From Takakia lepidozioides (taxonomy: Eukaryota; Plantae; Bryophyta), in assembly GCA_030704615.1 (NCBI GenBank), contig CM060733.1, positions 75,826,001 to 75,890,000 on the forward strand: a DNA stretch of 64,000 nt, given 5' to 3'. The notes beneath the pieces are model-generated. The model was not told the DNA's origin. It searched no databases and was given only the letters and a program-made list of their open reading frames with translations. Made by a program: the position numbers and the translations under genes. Below, in pieces: positions 63,301-64,000 of the stretch. Each line of letters begins with the position of its first letter. The stretch's first letter is position 1.

Positions 63301-63506
63301 AGCTACGAAATTGAAGTTTGTGACATCAACTCCCCAATCAACAACATAGGATTGCACAAGATGGGTGCACTCAGCTGTGGTGCTGTTACAGAGATAGACC
63401 AATGACGATATGGGCCAAACTTACCCTAATCAAATTCACAAGACGTCCAATAGTGTGGGAAGACCGGGAATTGTTGGTGTAATGATGCCCTGCTTGCTGC
63501 TCGTAC
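54321..63506 (-). CDS. DCAF1: DDB1- and CUL4-associated factor 1 (DCAF1/VprBP homolog), multi-exon; first exon(s) not identified in the window
   Basis: Motifs: SSHTIGRLVNLIR|EDDDFFELLS...|YPHVFEDEV; EMLRTYATGLLA; EVLGPVLHERGVDVCLALL; ALAAHRKFAALLVDRGG; ARRNAALFF; AREAVRANNGIKVLL; LRRIERAAIAAATPI; LisH LIHEHLVASGL; TLDSLVVQYLKHQHRQCPAP; FVYSRFRPWRTCRDD; WD40 [32 protein letters not shown]; acidic tail. Confidence 0.97.
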
Positions 63507-64000
63507 CTGTTCCTCCATGAACAAAAATCTAAAACATAAATTACAAAATCAAACTGCATTACCTCCACCAGAAAACAATCCGCTATCCCCCAACCTGGAG
63601 GAAAACTGGAGTTCCACTTGATCTATGAGTATCTACAGCAGGATGGACCATTTTTCCACACAAGATCCAGGCCCTACCAATTCAAATGCAAATTGTGTCA
63701 GATTTCATTCCTCCACTATAACTCGCTTAGGCACAGGTTGTCCAAGGAAAGATTCATCGTCAACAAGTATTTCCCATATTACCATTTGCTAACACCAGAT
63801 CCAGAGCCAACCAATTCAATGCAATTTGACTCAACTTACACTTCACCCCTTATAATTAACATCCAGTAGCCAGTACAGTTACCTGCCAGTAGCCAATAAA
63901 GCTAAACCACTTATCTCCAAACCATTCAGATGACGCGTTCCGGGGGAAAACTCCTCAATCCCGTCAGTGAGATTCCTCAATTCTTAACTCCACCACCATT

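Noticed and set aside
63880-64000. Candidate further DCAF1 exon at the window end (donor-like cag|gtaact at ~63883)
   Set aside because: The translations do not resemble the DCAF1 N-terminus, so it was treated as intron.

Overview
Eukaryotic, intron-containing land-plant DNA. It is probably from a non-seed plant (bryophyte, lycophyte or fern), judged from the transposon and PPR content; the species cannot be determined here. Four host genes are supported by hand-assembled exons: VPS2 (ESCRT-III, +, 8901-13693), LPAT4/5-type acyltransferase (-, 14223-18158), the CASTOR/POLLUX/DMI1 nuclear ion channel (-, 42533-50180) and 5'-partial DCAF1/VprBP (-, 54321->63506). The window opens with a decayed L1/Tx1-type LINE and a Harbinger-like MITE. 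Between LPAT and DMI1 lies a ~23 kb nested transposon graveyard. It contains a Ty3/gypsy fragment with an unusual dUTPase between protease and RT, cut by a CACTA terminus, and a decayed CACTA TnpD transposase. Next to the transposase is an intact, intronless stand-alone SET-domain ORF on the same strand. The region also holds a retrotransposon-type C5 DNA methyltransferase fragment, two GCM/WRKY-like MULE fragments and PPR plus OSB 'PDF'-motif pseudogene repeats. The most notable observations are the transposon-borne chromatin writers (SET, DNMT) and the ADAGNHA selectivity filter in DMI1, which is otherwise known as a derived legume variant. All family assignments rest on motif recognition by eye; no database searches were run.
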